Below are positions 1-10,939 of a stretch of DNA of 64,000 bases, one piece after another (position 1 is the first letter of the stretch; each line of letters opens with the position of its first letter). This DNA is from Longimicrobiales bacterium (lineage in GTDB: Bacteria; Gemmatimonadota; Gemmatimonadetes; Longimicrobiales; Gaopeijiaceae). The position numbers and the translations under genes are program-made. The stretch lies in contig OZ252251.1 in NCBI GenBank assembly GCA_965249725.1, forward strand, positions 480,001-544,000, read 5' to 3'. The notes under the pieces are model-generated. The model did not search any database, had not been told where the DNA came from, and saw nothing but the letters and a program-made list of their open reading frames with translations.

Positions 1-1250
1 GGCGACGTCGGACGACACGTGAAGACCCGCTGACGGGTCGGCGTGTCCGACACTCCTGTAACCTCGTAGGGCCCCAGGATCGTGAGCCGCTGCAAATGCG
101 GGATGGTCGTGACCCCGTAGCCGATCCCGATCTGTCCGTCGGCCAATGTATGCTCGATCGGCCGGATCAGGTCGTCCACTTCACCTTCGAACGTGCGCAG
201 GAAGGCCGCGGTGACGCGCTTGGGGCCCGCCGTCACGTAGATCGAGTCCGACCGCATGTTCAAGCCGCTCGGCTCCGATTCGTGCATCCAGCGATCCACG
301 GTCATCAACGCGACCCGTGCACCGTCGAGGGAAACCTCGATCTGGACGTTGCCGAACGTGCGCCCGAAAACCTCACCCTCCACCGCTGGATAGGGCTGAA
401 TGTGGAAGACGTACTTTCCGTCGGCGGGGAAGTTGTGGAGCGTGGAGACGCCTCCGCGGGTGCCGAACGGGGCACCCTCTGCTCGGTCCTTCTGCGACGC
501 GGTGCGCGGGAGCCGATAGCGGGTCGAGTTCGGCTCTGCGTCCGGATCTCCCAGAGCGATCCGGCTGATGTGATTGGCTGCCCGCAGGTACCCATCCATG
601 ACCGTCGCGGAGGGCATCTGAACGTCCGCGATGTTGTCGAAGTTGGCACTCTTGGTATCGAGCGGCAGGAACGTGCCGACGTCGATCTCGAGTCCTAGGA
701 GATCTCGAACCGCGGTGGAGTACTCCGCACGATTCAGACGCTGGAAGGTTCTCCACCCGGGATTGGGGTTCTCGGCCGCGGCCTCGTCGATGCGGGTCTC
801 GAGCTCCCGGACCAGCATCATCAGGGTGTCGCCACCCGGTCTCGGCATGCCTGCCGGGGGCATCATGCCGGCGCGGAGCTTCCGAATCATGCGCTCGGCC
901 GTCTCGGCCATCTGAGGGGCCTTCTCCACCTCGAAGCCGATCAACGACAGGTTGCCGGTGAGCATGGCGTCGTTGTGACAAGCCATGCAGTACCGTTGGA
1001 CCATCACCGTGAGTTCTTCGGGTGTGGCGTCGGGCGCGGCTTTGCCGTGCAGCGTGACGGGGAGGATCTCACCGGCGCGGACGTCCGGGAGGATGGCGGG
1101 CAGCACCTTGGCCGCGGGCACGGCGGGGCCGGACTGGGTCGCCAAAGGCCGTAGCACGGTCTCGTCACGGGAAGTCCCGGCGTCCGCTGTCTGCCCTACG
1201 AGCACCAGCAGAATTCCCAACGTTGCCAGTGCGGCACTCAATGCTCTCAT
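1..1250 (-). CDS. DUF1592/DUF1587-type protein with N-terminal cytochrome c motif (runs off window)
   Basis: Hand translation from ATG 1250: signal peptide, YCMACHN heme motif, RKLRAGMMPP, QRLNRAEY, FDNIAD; not in ORF track because no stop in window. Confidence 0.85.
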   Translation of the reverse strand, partial: MRALSAALATLGILLVLVGQTADAGTSRDETVLRPLATQSGPAVPAAKVLPAILPDVRAGEILPVTLHGKAAPDATPEELTVMVQRYCMACHNDAMLTGNLSLIGFEVEKAPQMAETAERMIRKLRAGMMPPAGMPRPGGDTLMMLVRELETRIDEAAAENPNPGWRTFQRLNRAEYSTAVRDLLGLEIDVGTFLPLDTKSANFDNIADVQMPSATVMDGYLRAANHISRIALGDPDAEPNSTRYRLPRTASQKDRAEGAPFGTRGGVSTLHNFPADGKYVFHIQPYPAVEGEVFGRTFGNVQIEVSLDGARVALMTVDRWMHESEPSGLNMRSDSIYVTAGPKRVTAAFLRTFEGEVDDLIRPIEHTLADGQIGIGYGVTTIPHLQRLTILGPYEVTGVSDTPTRQRVFTCRPTS

Positions 1251-1584
1251 TCTCGCCTCACGCTCTACGACTGGAGTCCCGGAAAGGACCTGCGTTCTCT
1301 AAGGTTGCCCTAAGCCGGAATTTGCTGGAAGAATAGCGCCGATTTTAGCCTTTTGGCCAGCCTGCCGTTGAGTCCTATACCTGCCCGACGTGGGATTCTA
1401 CGTGTTCTGTACCGGACTCATGTGGTGGCACTACGTGAGGGAGAACGCGCCGATCAAGGTCTAGGGGGCCGTCGACGGTCGGCAGTTGAAGGACCCCGCG
1501 ATGGCTCGTGCCACCGCGGGGTCTCCAAGCCACTTCGCCCGAACCGGTGCGGTGGCCCGCCGCACCTCGTACCGAGAGGTCCTG

Positions 1585-2028
1585 CTACATCCCGCCCCCG
1601 GAATCCGCAGGGCCGGAATACCCGCCGCCGCCGCCGTCGGCCGCAGCGGGGGCGGCACCACCCGACATCTTCCCGTAGACCACGCCCACCACCACCCATC
1701 CGACGAGGAGGAGCACTGCGCTCGCTCCGGCGGCGGCGATTCCCCGCGTGCCGTTCATCACATAGAAGACGTCCACGAGGAGAATCTGTGACAGGGCGAC
1801 GATCAGACCCGACTTGACGGGATTTTGGACGGACACGTTCACCCAGTCGTAGAAGAGGACAAGAACCACGGACAACACCGCCAACGAAGCCCAGGCCGGC
1901 ATCATGGCGTCGCCGGGCATGTCGTTGGCACTGATCGGGCCGAAGAAGTACGTGAGCCCGAGGAAGAAGATGACGTACGCTGTAACCAGCGCACCTAGGA
2001 TCGGCTTCATTCTTGCACCCATAACCAT
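1585..2028 (-). CDS. small multi-pass membrane protein
   Basis: Four hydrophobic segments; start may be 2010 (MKPILG). Confidence 0.7.
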   Translation of the reverse strand: MVMGARMKPILGALVTAYVIFFLGLTYFFGPISANDMPGDAMMPAWASLAVLSVVLVLFYDWVNVSVQNPVKSGLIVALSQILLVDVFYVMNGTRGIAAAGASAVLLLVGWVVVGVVYGKMSGGAAPAAADGGGGGYSGPADSGGGM

Positions 2029-2214
2029 TGGCTCCCTTGTGGGGGAAGGAGGGATGGGCCATAGAAGTGAGCGGGCGAAGCTCGATTGTTAGGTACGCAT
2101 CAGGACTCGCCTGTGCAACGGTTTTCGTCGGGGCGTTAGATTCTCCATCCGATTCGGGCCACCGTCGGTTGGTCGATGTATGGACGGATCGGTTCACGAC
2201 AACGAAGGGTCGAA

Positions 2215-3823
2215 ATGGGATTGGCGAGTCGGACGTTGGTTATCGCGCTACTGTCGGTCCTCGTGTCGGGGTGTCGGACCGCAGACGAGGCAGCCGCGCG
2301 CGCGAGCGCTGTCGACGGGCCCGAGCTGGTTGTCCTTGTCGTGATCGACCAGCTCCGGACCGACATGCTGGACCACTACGAGACCCACTTCACCGGTGGT
2401 CTCAGGCGGTTGATAGACCGGGGGTATCGCTTCCCCAACGGGACCCACGACCACGCGGGTACGTATACGGCTCCGGGCCACACCTCGTTGGCCACCGGCG
2501 TGTACCCGACTCGGCACGGTATCGTCGGAAACGAGTGGTGGGAGTTGCGCTCGGGCGAGTGGCAGGAAGTCTACTTCCATGGAGGACCCCGAGGCCGCCA
2601 TCCTCGGCTACCCTGCCATGGCCGGTCGCTCTTCTGCGAACATGTACCGCGGAGGGCTCCCGGACTGGATTGCGGAGGCGAGCCCCGACGCCCGCGTGGT
2701 GTCCATCTCGCGGAAGGACCGCTCCGCCATTGGCATGGCCGGCCAGGTTGCGGGCGAGGTGTACTGGATGGACGACCCGGTGGCGGGGTTCATCACATCG
2801 ACCCACTACAAGTCCGAGTACCCTGGTTGGATAGAGCGCTTCAATGACGAGGTGATGCCGGAGATCTTCTCCGATACGGTTTGGGAGAGCCGTGTGCCTG
2901 AAGAGGCCGCGCAGCTGTCTCGTCCCGACACCTCCAACCATGAACGAGGCGGCCGACGTGGGGTCTTTCCCTATCGCCCCTCCCAGGCCGCGGTACGGGT
3001 GAACCCGGCAGCCCTGACGGTATGGCGCTCCGGCACTCCCGCGCCTGATGCGGCGGTGCTCGGTCTCGCGGAGGCAGCGATCGCTGAGTTCGACCTGGGC
3101 CAGCGGGATGTTGTGGATTACCTGGCTGTGTCGTTCTCGCAAGTCGACCGCATCGGCCATCGCTACGGTCCCTGGAGCCGCGAACAGCTGGACAACCTGC
3201 TGCACCTCGACGCCGTGCTCGCAGAGCTCTTCGAGTTGCTGGACGACGCCGTGGGCTCCGAAGGCTGGGTGGCAGGATTCTCGTCCGATCACGGCATTCT
3301 CGAAGTCCCCGAACACCTCGCTGAGACGGGCGTCGACGCTAAGCGGTTGGGGCGGGAAGAGATCACTGCCTATCAACGAGCTGTGCTCGGCGTCGTGAAT
3401 GGTGGTGCGCGGGGTGAAGCTCTCGCCCGGGCAGTCAAGGCGGCTATCGAGGAACTCCCCTTCGTCGGGGCGGCCTACACCTTAGCGGAGGTCGAGGACG
3501 CCCAGGCTCGGCCCGATTCATTCGCCGTCCTCTTCGCGCGCTCATTGTCTACGAAACGCGCCGTCAGCCTGTCTGCCCGATACGGGGTCTACCATCGTTG
3601 GAGACCCAATTACTTCGCGAGTAGCGACGTCACGACCCACGGAACGCCGTACTACTACGATCGCAGCGTCCCCATCATCTTCCTCGGAGCGGGGGTCGAA
3701 CCGGGCGTCTCGCAAGAGGCTGCGGCCACCGTGGATGTGGCGCCGACGCTCGCGCGTCTCGCCGAGATCGCTGCTCCGACCGACCTGGACGGCCGCGTGC
3801 TTCTGGAGCCGTCCACCCGCTGA
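2215..3823 (+). CDS. alkaline phosphatase superfamily (PafA-like) lipoprotein, frameshifted near 2575-2580
   Basis: VVIDQLR, TAPGHTSLATG in ORF 2176..2847; KDRSAI, DRIGHRYGP, SSDHG, HGTPYYYD in ORF 2579..3823. Confidence 0.85.
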
Positions 3824-3852
3824 TCTTCCCGCTGATCTTCACGCTGATCTTC
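3818..3852. repeat. 3 x 12-bp tandem repeat (CGCTGATCTTC core) over the stop codon
   Basis: Seen directly. Confidence 0.8.
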
Positions 3853-3898
3853 TCGCGTCTGGCCTAGCACGGCGATCGACCCGTACTCTCGGGGGAAG

Positions 3899-5029
3899 AT
3901 GCCAGACCACACCCTGCTAACCGGCGCGACCGGCCTTCTGGGCCGCTACCTGCTACGGAATCTCCTGAGTCAGGGGACCCCGGTCGCCGTCGTGGTGCGC
4001 CCCGCGGCGAAGCTCTCTGCGGTCGAGCGGATCGAAGAGATCCTCGCCCTTTGGGAGTCGCAGTCGAATGCCGAGCTGCCCCGCCCGCGATGCCTTTCGG
4101 GAGACATAAGGTCGGAAGGCTTGGGACTCGATGCCGAAGACCGATCCTGGATCGCGAACAACTGCGATCGGGTGATCCACTCCGCGGCCGTGTTGAGTCT
4201 GTCAGCCTCCACGAGGGACGGTGAACCCTGGGCGACCAACCTAGACGGGACCCGTCGAGTACTCGACCTGTGCAGTAGCGCCGGTATCGGCGATCTCCAC
4301 TACGTCTCGACCGCGTATGTCAGCGGGCGCCGAGAGGGCCGCGTTCTGGAGTCCCAACTCGACGAGGGGCAGGAGTTTCGAAACGACTATGAGGCCAGCA
4401 AGCTCGAGGCGGAGCAGTTGGTCCGAGCGGCCGACCACCTCGAGAGTCCCACGGTCTATCGCCCGGCGGTCATCTCGGGCGACTCGAACACCGGGTACAC
4501 CAGCACATACCACGGACTCTACTTGTATCTGCGCCTGATGGCCCTGGTCGTACCCAGGCAGCCGATCGGTGAGGACGGCCTGAGACACACGCCGATCAGA
4601 CTGCCGATGTCGGGAGACGAGCCTCGCAACGTGGTGCCGGTGGATTGGGTAGCGGAAGTCATGACCCACCTGCTCAACACCCCTGAGGCACGCGGCGGGA
4701 CGTATCATCTCGCTCCTGAGGTTCCGTTGACACCTCGAGCGATCATCGACGCGTGCTACAAGTACTTCCACTCGACCGGTGTCCAGTACGTAGGCCAGGA
4801 CTACCGACACGACCCGTCCGACATGTCCGAATTCGAGCGCCTGCTCCTCGAGAACATCACGGTGTATGATGCCTATACCGCTACGGATCCCGTGTTCGAC
4901 AGGACGAATCTGAAGCGATTCGCGAGTCATCTGCCCTGCCCTACCATCGACGAAGCCACGCTCCATCGATACCTGACATTCGCGGAGGAAGATCGGTGGG
5001 GGCGAAAGCATCAGACGGACCCGCAGTGA
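3899..5029 (+). CDS. extended SDR, thioester/fatty-acyl reductase-like (NAD_binding_4)
   Basis: LLTGATGLLG, HYVSTAYVSG, YEASK. Confidence 0.85.
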   Translation: MPDHTLLTGATGLLGRYLLRNLLSQGTPVAVVVRPAAKLSAVERIEEILALWESQSNAELPRPRCLSGDIRSEGLGLDAEDRSWIANNCDRVIHSAAVLSLSASTRDGEPWATNLDGTRRVLDLCSSAGIGDLHYVSTAYVSGRREGRVLESQLDEGQEFRNDYEASKLEAEQLVRAADHLESPTVYRPAVISGDSNTGYTSTYHGLYLYLRLMALVVPRQPIGEDGLRHTPIRLPMSGDEPRNVVPVDWVAEVMTHLLNTPEARGGTYHLAPEVPLTPRAIIDACYKYFHSTGVQYVGQDYRHDPSDMSEFERLLLENITVYDAYTATDPVFDRTNLKRFASHLPCPTIDEATLHRYLTFAEEDRWGRKHQTDPQ

Positions 5030-5142
5030 AGAAACCGTTTGTCTACGCCTGAGTCTCCGGTCTATATTCGATTCATGCCCGTCCATTCCCACACCTAATC
5101 GGCACCAGCGATCCACTAGCTGGCCAGCACCCCGGAGACAAG

Positions 5143-6873
5143 ATGAAGAAGCGGTTGATGCTCGTAATGCGGCTTTCCATGGTACTCCTCCTTGTAGGCG
5201 GGGTCGCCTATTGTGGTGGGGGAGATGACGGCGGCCCCACGGTCGTCCAACCACCGCCACCGCCACCTCCGCCACCGCCTCCGCCTCCGCCACCCCCGCC
5301 GCCGCCGGACGTAGCTACGCCGGCCGGAGGCACGGTGACGCTCGACGATGGCGCCGTCACGGTGGAAGTGCCTGCGGGTGCAGTGACTGCCGACATCACG
5401 CTGACCGCCGCGGCGGCTACGACGGCACCGGCCAGTGACCTTGCGGTCACCGGCGGAGCGGTCGATCTGGGCCCTGAAGGGACCACCTTCGCGGCTCCGG
5501 TTACGATCAACCTCACTTATGCCGAAGCCGACCTCCCGGCTGGGGTCGACGAGAGTGAGCTCCGGATGTTCAAGTCGGTGGACGACGCGTGGGAGCTCCT
5601 CGAGACCACCTCGGTTGACGCGGCGACCAACACGGTCTCCGGGAAGACCTCGAGCTTCTCCATCTATGGAATGCTCGGCCTCGAGGTGGACGGGGTTACG
5701 GTAACGCCGGCCACAGCTGGCGTTACGGTCGGCTCGACCGTGGCGCTGACAGGGACGGCCGTAAGTGGCAGCACGGAGCTGCCGCACAGGTCGCTCACCT
5801 GGAGCACGGATGACGCGGCTGTCGCGACGGTTGACGACATGGGCGTGGTCACCGGCGTCATGGGTGGGACGGCCACGATCACCGCGACCCACACATCAGG
5901 AGAGAGCACCTTCAGCGCGACGGCCACCGTCACGGTGACCGTCCCGGTCACGACCGTAACCGTAGCGCCGGCCACGTCGGACCTCCTGGTCGACGAGACC
6001 GTGCAGCTCACGGGCACCACTCTCGGACCCGGCAACGAGGATCTGGGAAGGACCATCATGTGGTCTTCGTCCGGCGAAGCGGTGGCCACGGTGGATGCGA
6101 ACGGCCTGGTGACTGCCGTTGGCATCGGCACTGCCACGATCACCGCCACCAGCGACGGCGTGTCGGGGACGGCCACCGTCAACGTGACCGATCCGGTGAC
6201 GACGGTGACGGTCGTCGCACAGGGAGCCGCTCCTGAAGACGATTCACCTATCCTCACCGTGGCCGGGACCGTCCAGCTCGAGGCTACGGCCACCAGGGCA
6301 TCCGGCGCAGACGCCAGCGGAGACCCCACGACTTGGATGTCGAGCGACGAGGCGGTCGCCACGGTCGACGATATGGGTCTGGTGACGGCTGTAGCATCCG
6401 GTATGGCGACCATTACAGCGACCGTCGACGGTGTAGAGGGATCTGAGATGGTGACGGTGAACACCGGCATCGCCTCACTGGTCGGCAGGTATGAGGGTGC
6501 CTGGGTCGACAACACGTTCGCCACCACGGGAACGGCCTCGTTCGTCATTGCGTTGGACGCGGGTGTGCTGACGGTGATGTCGGACCTGAATGGCTTCGTC
6601 TACGGCATTCAGGACTACCCCGAGGAGACATGGACGGCGGACTTCGATCCCTCGTCGGTCACATTCAACGAAGCCTCGGCCACGTTCGGTACCCTGACCC
6701 TAACGGTCAACGCGGACGGAAGCGTCACAGCCGAGGGTCTCGGCGCGGGCGGGTTCACGAAGGTCACGTGGACCGGGACGATCGACCAAGACACGATCAA
6801 CCTGACCTGGATGCTCTATACCGGAGCTACCGCTACGGTCTTCGGGACACACATCCTCAACAAGGTACCGTGA
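5143..6873 (+). CDS. surface protein with polyproline linker, ZU5-like region and three Big_2 Ig-like repeats
   Basis: Signal peptide, long Pro run, three (W)xSxDxAVATVDxxGxVT repeats. Confidence 0.85.
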   Translation: MKKRLMLVMRLSMVLLLVGGVAYCGGGDDGGPTVVQPPPPPPPPPPPPPPPPPPPDVATPAGGTVTLDDGAVTVEVPAGAVTADITLTAAAATTAPASDLAVTGGAVDLGPEGTTFAAPVTINLTYAEADLPAGVDESELRMFKSVDDAWELLETTSVDAATNTVSGKTSSFSIYGMLGLEVDGVTVTPATAGVTVGSTVALTGTAVSGSTELPHRSLTWSTDDAAVATVDDMGVVTGVMGGTATITATHTSGESTFSATATVTVTVPVTTVTVAPATSDLLVDETVQLTGTTLGPGNEDLGRTIMWSSSGEAVATVDANGLVTAVGIGTATITATSDGVSGTATVNVTDPVTTVTVVAQGAAPEDDSPILTVAGTVQLEATATRASGADASGDPTTWMSSDEAVATVDDMGLVTAVASGMATITATVDGVEGSEMVTVNTGIASLVGRYEGAWVDNTFATTGTASFVIALDAGVLTVMSDLNGFVYGIQDYPEETWTADFDPSSVTFNEASATFGTLTLTVNADGSVTAEGLGAGGFTKVTWTGTIDQDTINLTWMLYTGATATVFGTHILNKVP

Positions 6874-6894
6874 TACTCTGAGGATCCTCGGAGG

Positions 6895-6938
6895 GAAGAA
6901 CGGCCCCGTTCGGCATTGCCGGACGGGGCTTCTTCTTG
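6895..6938. terminator. bidirectional intrinsic terminator
   Basis: GCCCCGTTCGGC/GCCGGACGGGGC hairpin flanked by AAGAA and TTCTT between convergent genes. Confidence 0.7.
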
Positions 6939-6941
6939 TTG

Positions 6942-8213
6942 CTATCCGTCGTGGGCCGCGAGCACCACGCACGAGTTGAGTCCGGCGAATCCACGTGTGA
7001 CAACCACAGCCGCGCGGCCCCGGGGAGACCGCGCTCCGCGCGAGACGTCGGCCGCCCGACAGTCGTAGGCCTTGTCTTGTAGGGTCGGGATTCCCGGGAC
7101 CACGCCGTCGCGAAGTGACAGCAACGAGAGGATGCTCTCGATGACCCCGCTGGCCGCGATGGTGTGCCCCAACGACCACTTGAACCCCGTAGCCGGTGCC
7201 GTATCGGTCCCGAAGACACCTCCGAGGGCCTTGGCTTCACTGGCGTCGGAAGCGGGGGTGCCGTTCCCGTGGGTCGTCACCATGCCGATCGCCTCCGCGT
7301 CGATTTCGGCGTCGCCGAGGGCGCTCCGAATCGCGCTGGTAAGGCCGTCTCCGTCCTCACGAATCCCGAGGACGCCCAGAGCGTCAGAGCTGATCCCACT
7401 GCCTAGGATCTCACCGTGGACGACGGCCCCACGCGCCCGCGCCCCTTCCAGGGTTTCGAGGATGAGAGCACCGGCCCCTTCTCCTAGGACGGTGCCGTCG
7501 TGGGCCGTATCGAACGGCCGGAGGCCGGTCCGGCTCAATAGCCCAGAGGAGCCGTAGTAGGTCACGGCCTCGGGCTCGGCGGGACAGTCGAACGCTACGA
7601 CCACGGCCCGGGCGATGGACCCTTCGCGCAGATGGTAGTGCGCCTCCGCTATGGCCTGAGAGCCGCCCACGCCGTGACCCGTGAAGTTGTGATTGGCACC
7701 CTTGAATCCGTAGTGGATCCCCGTGTAGGCCAGGACGTTGTTGGGCAGCGTACGGAGGAGCCAGAGCGGGTGGACCCGGTCCATGGCGTCGGAGGCGAAC
7801 CGTGCGATGTCGTCGTCTCCCACCGACAGCGACGGCAGGAAGTCGTAACGCTGCAGGTACTCGCTCGCCGGGGCCCCTACGAACACGCCTGTCCGATCAT
7901 TGAAGGTGGCTGCGTCGGAGACGGTGTCCCGATGGGTCAGCAGCGCGCTGTGCTCCAACGCTTGAGAAACCGCGTTGAGACCCAGCACATCGGGGCGGGT
8001 GATCACCTTGAGTAGCTTGCGATCGGGCACAAGCTGGCGGGGATCGTACCTCGCTATCTCGGCGGCCAGGGGATAGAGCCAGTCCTCGGTGGCAGGGTCG
8101 GCCATTCGGCCGATCGCGGATCGGCCGCTCGTCACCGCGCTCCATGTGCTCTCAGCGTCCATACCGGCTGCCGTCAAGCACCCGAAGCCGGTCACGACCA
8201 CGCGCCTATCCAC
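6942..8213 (-). CDS. beta-ketoacyl synthase-like subunit, probably non-catalytic (chain-length-factor-like)
   Basis: KS fold motifs (GEGAG, HGNGT, GHT); HGVGGSQA where the catalytic Cys is expected. Confidence 0.8.
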   Translation of the reverse strand: MDRRVVVTGFGCLTAAGMDAESTWSAVTSGRSAIGRMADPATEDWLYPLAAEIARYDPRQLVPDRKLLKVITRPDVLGLNAVSQALEHSALLTHRDTVSDAATFNDRTGVFVGAPASEYLQRYDFLPSLSVGDDDIARFASDAMDRVHPLWLLRTLPNNVLAYTGIHYGFKGANHNFTGHGVGGSQAIAEAHYHLREGSIARAVVVAFDCPAEPEAVTYYGSSGLLSRTGLRPFDTAHDGTVLGEGAGALILETLEGARARGAVVHGEILGSGISSDALGVLGIREDGDGLTSAIRSALGDAEIDAEAIGMVTTHGNGTPASDASEAKALGGVFGTDTAPATGFKWSLGHTIAASGVIESILSLLSLRDGVVPGIPTLQDKAYDCRAADVSRGARSPRGRAAVVVTRGFAGLNSCVVLAAHDG

Positions 8214-9501
8214 CTGCCGTGCTCCTGAACACCAGGCAGCTGTTGGTGCCCCCGAATCCGAAGGAGTTCGATAGGGCCACGTCGACTCGGGTTTGGCGCG
8301 GAGCGTCCGTGACGTAGTCCAGATCGCACTCCGGGTCGGGATTGTCCCTGTTCCGGGTCATGGGGATGACGGAATCCCGGATCGCCAGCACACAGAGTGC
8401 CCCCTCCACGGCGCCCGCCGCCGCGATCAAATGACCGATCTGGCTCTTCGTCGAGCTCACGGGCAGGCCATCGGCCCGGCTCCCGAAGACGGCCTTGATG
8501 GCGTTCGTCTCCGTGAGGTCGTTCATCTGTGTGGACGTGCCATGAGCGTTCACATAGTCGACGCGATCCGGCGACTCCCCCGCGTCTAGCAGCGCGGCAC
8601 GCATGGCCTGGATCGGCCCGTCTCCGCTGGGATGAGAATCCGTGATCCGATAGGCGCTCAGCGACGATCCCTCGCCGGCGAGCTCCGCGTAGATACGGGC
8701 GTCACGCGCTCGCGCATGCTCCCACTCTTCCAGGACGAGGAAGGCGGCGCCTTCCCCCAGGACGAACCCATTCCGGGTACGGTCGAAGGGGCGACTGGCC
8801 CTTTCCGGCTCGTCGTTGTCGTTCGAGACCGCACCGAGAAGGCAGAAGCCCGCGAGCCCGAGAGGGTTGATCATCGAGTCGTACCCGCCCGCCAACACGC
8901 AGTCGGCGGTCCCCCTGCGAATCGCCCGGGCCCCTAATCCCAGCGCCTGGCCGCCCGAGGCACACGCCGTGTGCACGTTGTTCGAGTATCCTCGGATCTC
9001 GAACCTCTTCTGCAAGAGACCCAAAACGCAGACCGACTGATGCCGCGCGAACTCCACGGGAGAGATCAGGCGGTCGCCTTCGGTGCCGAGGCGGTGGAGG
9101 TCGAGCGTGCCGTCCGGGGCGAACTCCTTCTGAAGGCGGTCCAGCGATCCAAAGCTCGTGGTCATCATGCCGCTGCCGCCCACCACCCCCCAGCGGTCCG
9201 CCGTCGCCGAGCTGGGGCGGGCACCCGCGTCGGCCATGGCCTCCTCCGCGGCCACAAGGGCGAACGCGGCGAACGACTCGGCGTACCTCAAGAGCTTGCG
9301 ATCCTCCACACGGTGCTCAGGCACCAGCCCTTTCACCTCGGCGGCGATCCGGGTCGGGAAGCCCGACGGGTCGAAGCTCCCGATGCGGGCGACGCCCGAG
9401 GCTCCCTCGAGAATCCGGGCCCAGCTCGAAGGAGCATCGTTCCCGACGGGCGTTACCATCCCCACGCCGGTAATGGCGACCCTACGCGCCGGGATCGTCA
9501 T
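8206..9501 (-). CDS. fabF: 3-oxoacyl-ACP synthase II
   Basis: TACASG, AHGTST, KSQIGH, SNSFGFGG. Confidence 0.9.
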   Translation of the reverse strand: MTIPARRVAITGVGMVTPVGNDAPSSWARILEGASGVARIGSFDPSGFPTRIAAEVKGLVPEHRVEDRKLLRYAESFAAFALVAAEEAMADAGARPSSATADRWGVVGGSGMMTTSFGSLDRLQKEFAPDGTLDLHRLGTEGDRLISPVEFARHQSVCVLGLLQKRFEIRGYSNNVHTACASGGQALGLGARAIRRGTADCVLAGGYDSMINPLGLAGFCLLGAVSNDNDEPERASRPFDRTRNGFVLGEGAAFLVLEEWEHARARDARIYAELAGEGSSLSAYRITDSHPSGDGPIQAMRAALLDAGESPDRVDYVNAHGTSTQMNDLTETNAIKAVFGSRADGLPVSSTKSQIGHLIAAAGAVEGALCVLAIRDSVIPMTRNRDNPDPECDLDYVTDAPRQTRVDVALSNSFGFGGTNSCLVFRSTAGG

Positions 9502-10391
9502 CGTTGCGGGGTGGAGAATTCGACTTTGGCCTGGCAGATACGCCGGCCGTCCAGATCGCAACGGACCCGGAATCGTGCGGTGTGATCTCCCCGCTCCAGC
9601 AAGCGTACGGTGACCGTGATCGAATCCGCCGGCTCGATGAACCGGTTGATCTTTGCGTTCCGAACCGTGATGTGACTCAACGTATCCGCGTCGTCCGAAC
9701 CGTCACCCGAGCCCTCATCCAGCAGCCGACGAGCCAGCCGCAGGAGACACTCCATGAGCACCGTCATGGGTACCACGGGCTTCCACGGGAAGTGATCTGC
9801 GAAGAACGACTCCCCTGTGTCGAACCGCTTCTCGGCGACGATATGCTCGCCCGGCGTGTGGGCGAGGATGCGATCGCAGCCGTAGTCGATCGGCCGAGCA
9901 GCGTCGTAGGAGGTGAGCGGTGAGGGGGGTGGGTCACCCGGTTGATGAATGAGACGAAAGTGCTGGCTGAGGTCGCCCGATGCGTCGAACTCCTCAACGG
10001 GGAGAAGGGGGCTGTAGGCCTTCTCGAAGGTGAACACGTCCACCCCTTCGATCCGAGCTGCGCCTCCGTAGACCACGGCTTCGTCGTCGTGATTGGCGAT
10101 GTTCACTTCGAGACGCACCGGATCGTTGGCGCGCACCTGCCCGAGGATGTCCACCCTCTCGATCAGCGCCCCCACCGGGCGTAGCGTGAAGTCGTTCGCG
10201 GCCATGACGGTCCAGGCGGCCAGTTGCCCCACGGCCTCACCCAGGATACAGGGAGGCACCGAGAGCTCGTCGGTGTCGCGGAAGCCCGGGTGTCCCGTCC
10301 CCAGGAAAGCCTCGCAGGTACTCAACCGGGTAAGCCCGACGGCGCGCTCTCCAGGTACGAGCTCCAGAATGCGGTCGACGAAGAGGAACAC
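9498..10391 (-). CDS. double-hotdog FabA/FabZ-like dehydratase
   Basis: FLFVDRI and FFADHFPWKPVVP. Confidence 0.85.
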   Translation of the reverse strand: MFLFVDRILELVPGERAVGLTRLSTCEAFLGTGHPGFRDTDELSVPPCILGEAVGQLAAWTVMAANDFTLRPVGALIERVDILGQVRANDPVRLEVNIANHDDEAVVYGGAARIEGVDVFTFEKAYSPLLPVEEFDASGDLSQHFRLIHQPGDPPPSPLTSYDAARPIDYGCDRILAHTPGEHIVAEKRFDTGESFFADHFPWKPVVPMTVLMECLLRLARRLLDEGSGDGSDDADTLSHITVRNAKINRFIEPADSITVTVRLLERGDHTARFRVRCDLDGRRICQAKVEFSTPQR

Positions 10392-10400
10392 GCTGAGGCG

Positions 10401-10781
10401 CTAGGACCGAAGCACGACCCGACAGAAGGTTTCCACCGTAAACAAGGTGGGAATCTCGGAGACTCTCAAGCCTGATGTGAAGCGGTCTTCGGGGACCTCC
10501 TCGAGGTACGCCTTGAGATGCTCCAGCCCTTTGTCGGTGAGTCTGCCCTGCTGCTCGAATTCCGGTTCCGATAATTCGCCGCGAGCCTCTCGCTCGATTC
10601 GCCCCCGCGGGATCTTGATATCGAACTCGTGCTCCAACTGAAAGACGAGATCGGCGAGGTCGATCGACTCCGCACCGAGGTCGTGGATGAGGCTGGCGTC
10701 CCGCCGAATCTCGTCCTCTTCGATCGCGAGCACGTCGGCCAGGATCGTACGTATTTTGGGGTAGACGCTACTGATGTCCAC
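10401..10781 (-). CDS. acyl carrier protein with insertion
   Basis: DLGAESIDLADL phosphopantetheine motif; 126 aa. Confidence 0.9.
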   Translation of the reverse strand: MDISSVYPKIRTILADVLAIEEDEIRRDASLIHDLGAESIDLADLVFQLEHEFDIKIPRGRIEREARGELSEPEFEQQGRLTDKGLEHLKAYLEEVPEDRFTSGLRVSEIPTLFTVETFCRVVLRS

Positions 10782-10939
10782 GTGGCTCCTATGGCAACAG
10801 GGCCGGCCTCCTCAGGCCGACCCGGGGCATCGCTGAATCCGTCATCCACTTCGATGAGCGGTTCATAACGTAGTCTGCACAGCCGGGTGTGGGGAAGCAA
10901 TCAGGGACAGACGTCCCGGCCCAGATCGAGCAACCCCAG

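Noticed and set aside
2570..2585. Frameshift in alkaline phosphatase as regulation or true pseudogene
   Set aside because: One extra base with no slippery site; similar single insertions elsewhere point to assembly error
5251..5308. CCG/CCA/CCT run as a contingency locus
   Set aside because: In-frame mixed-codon polyproline linker
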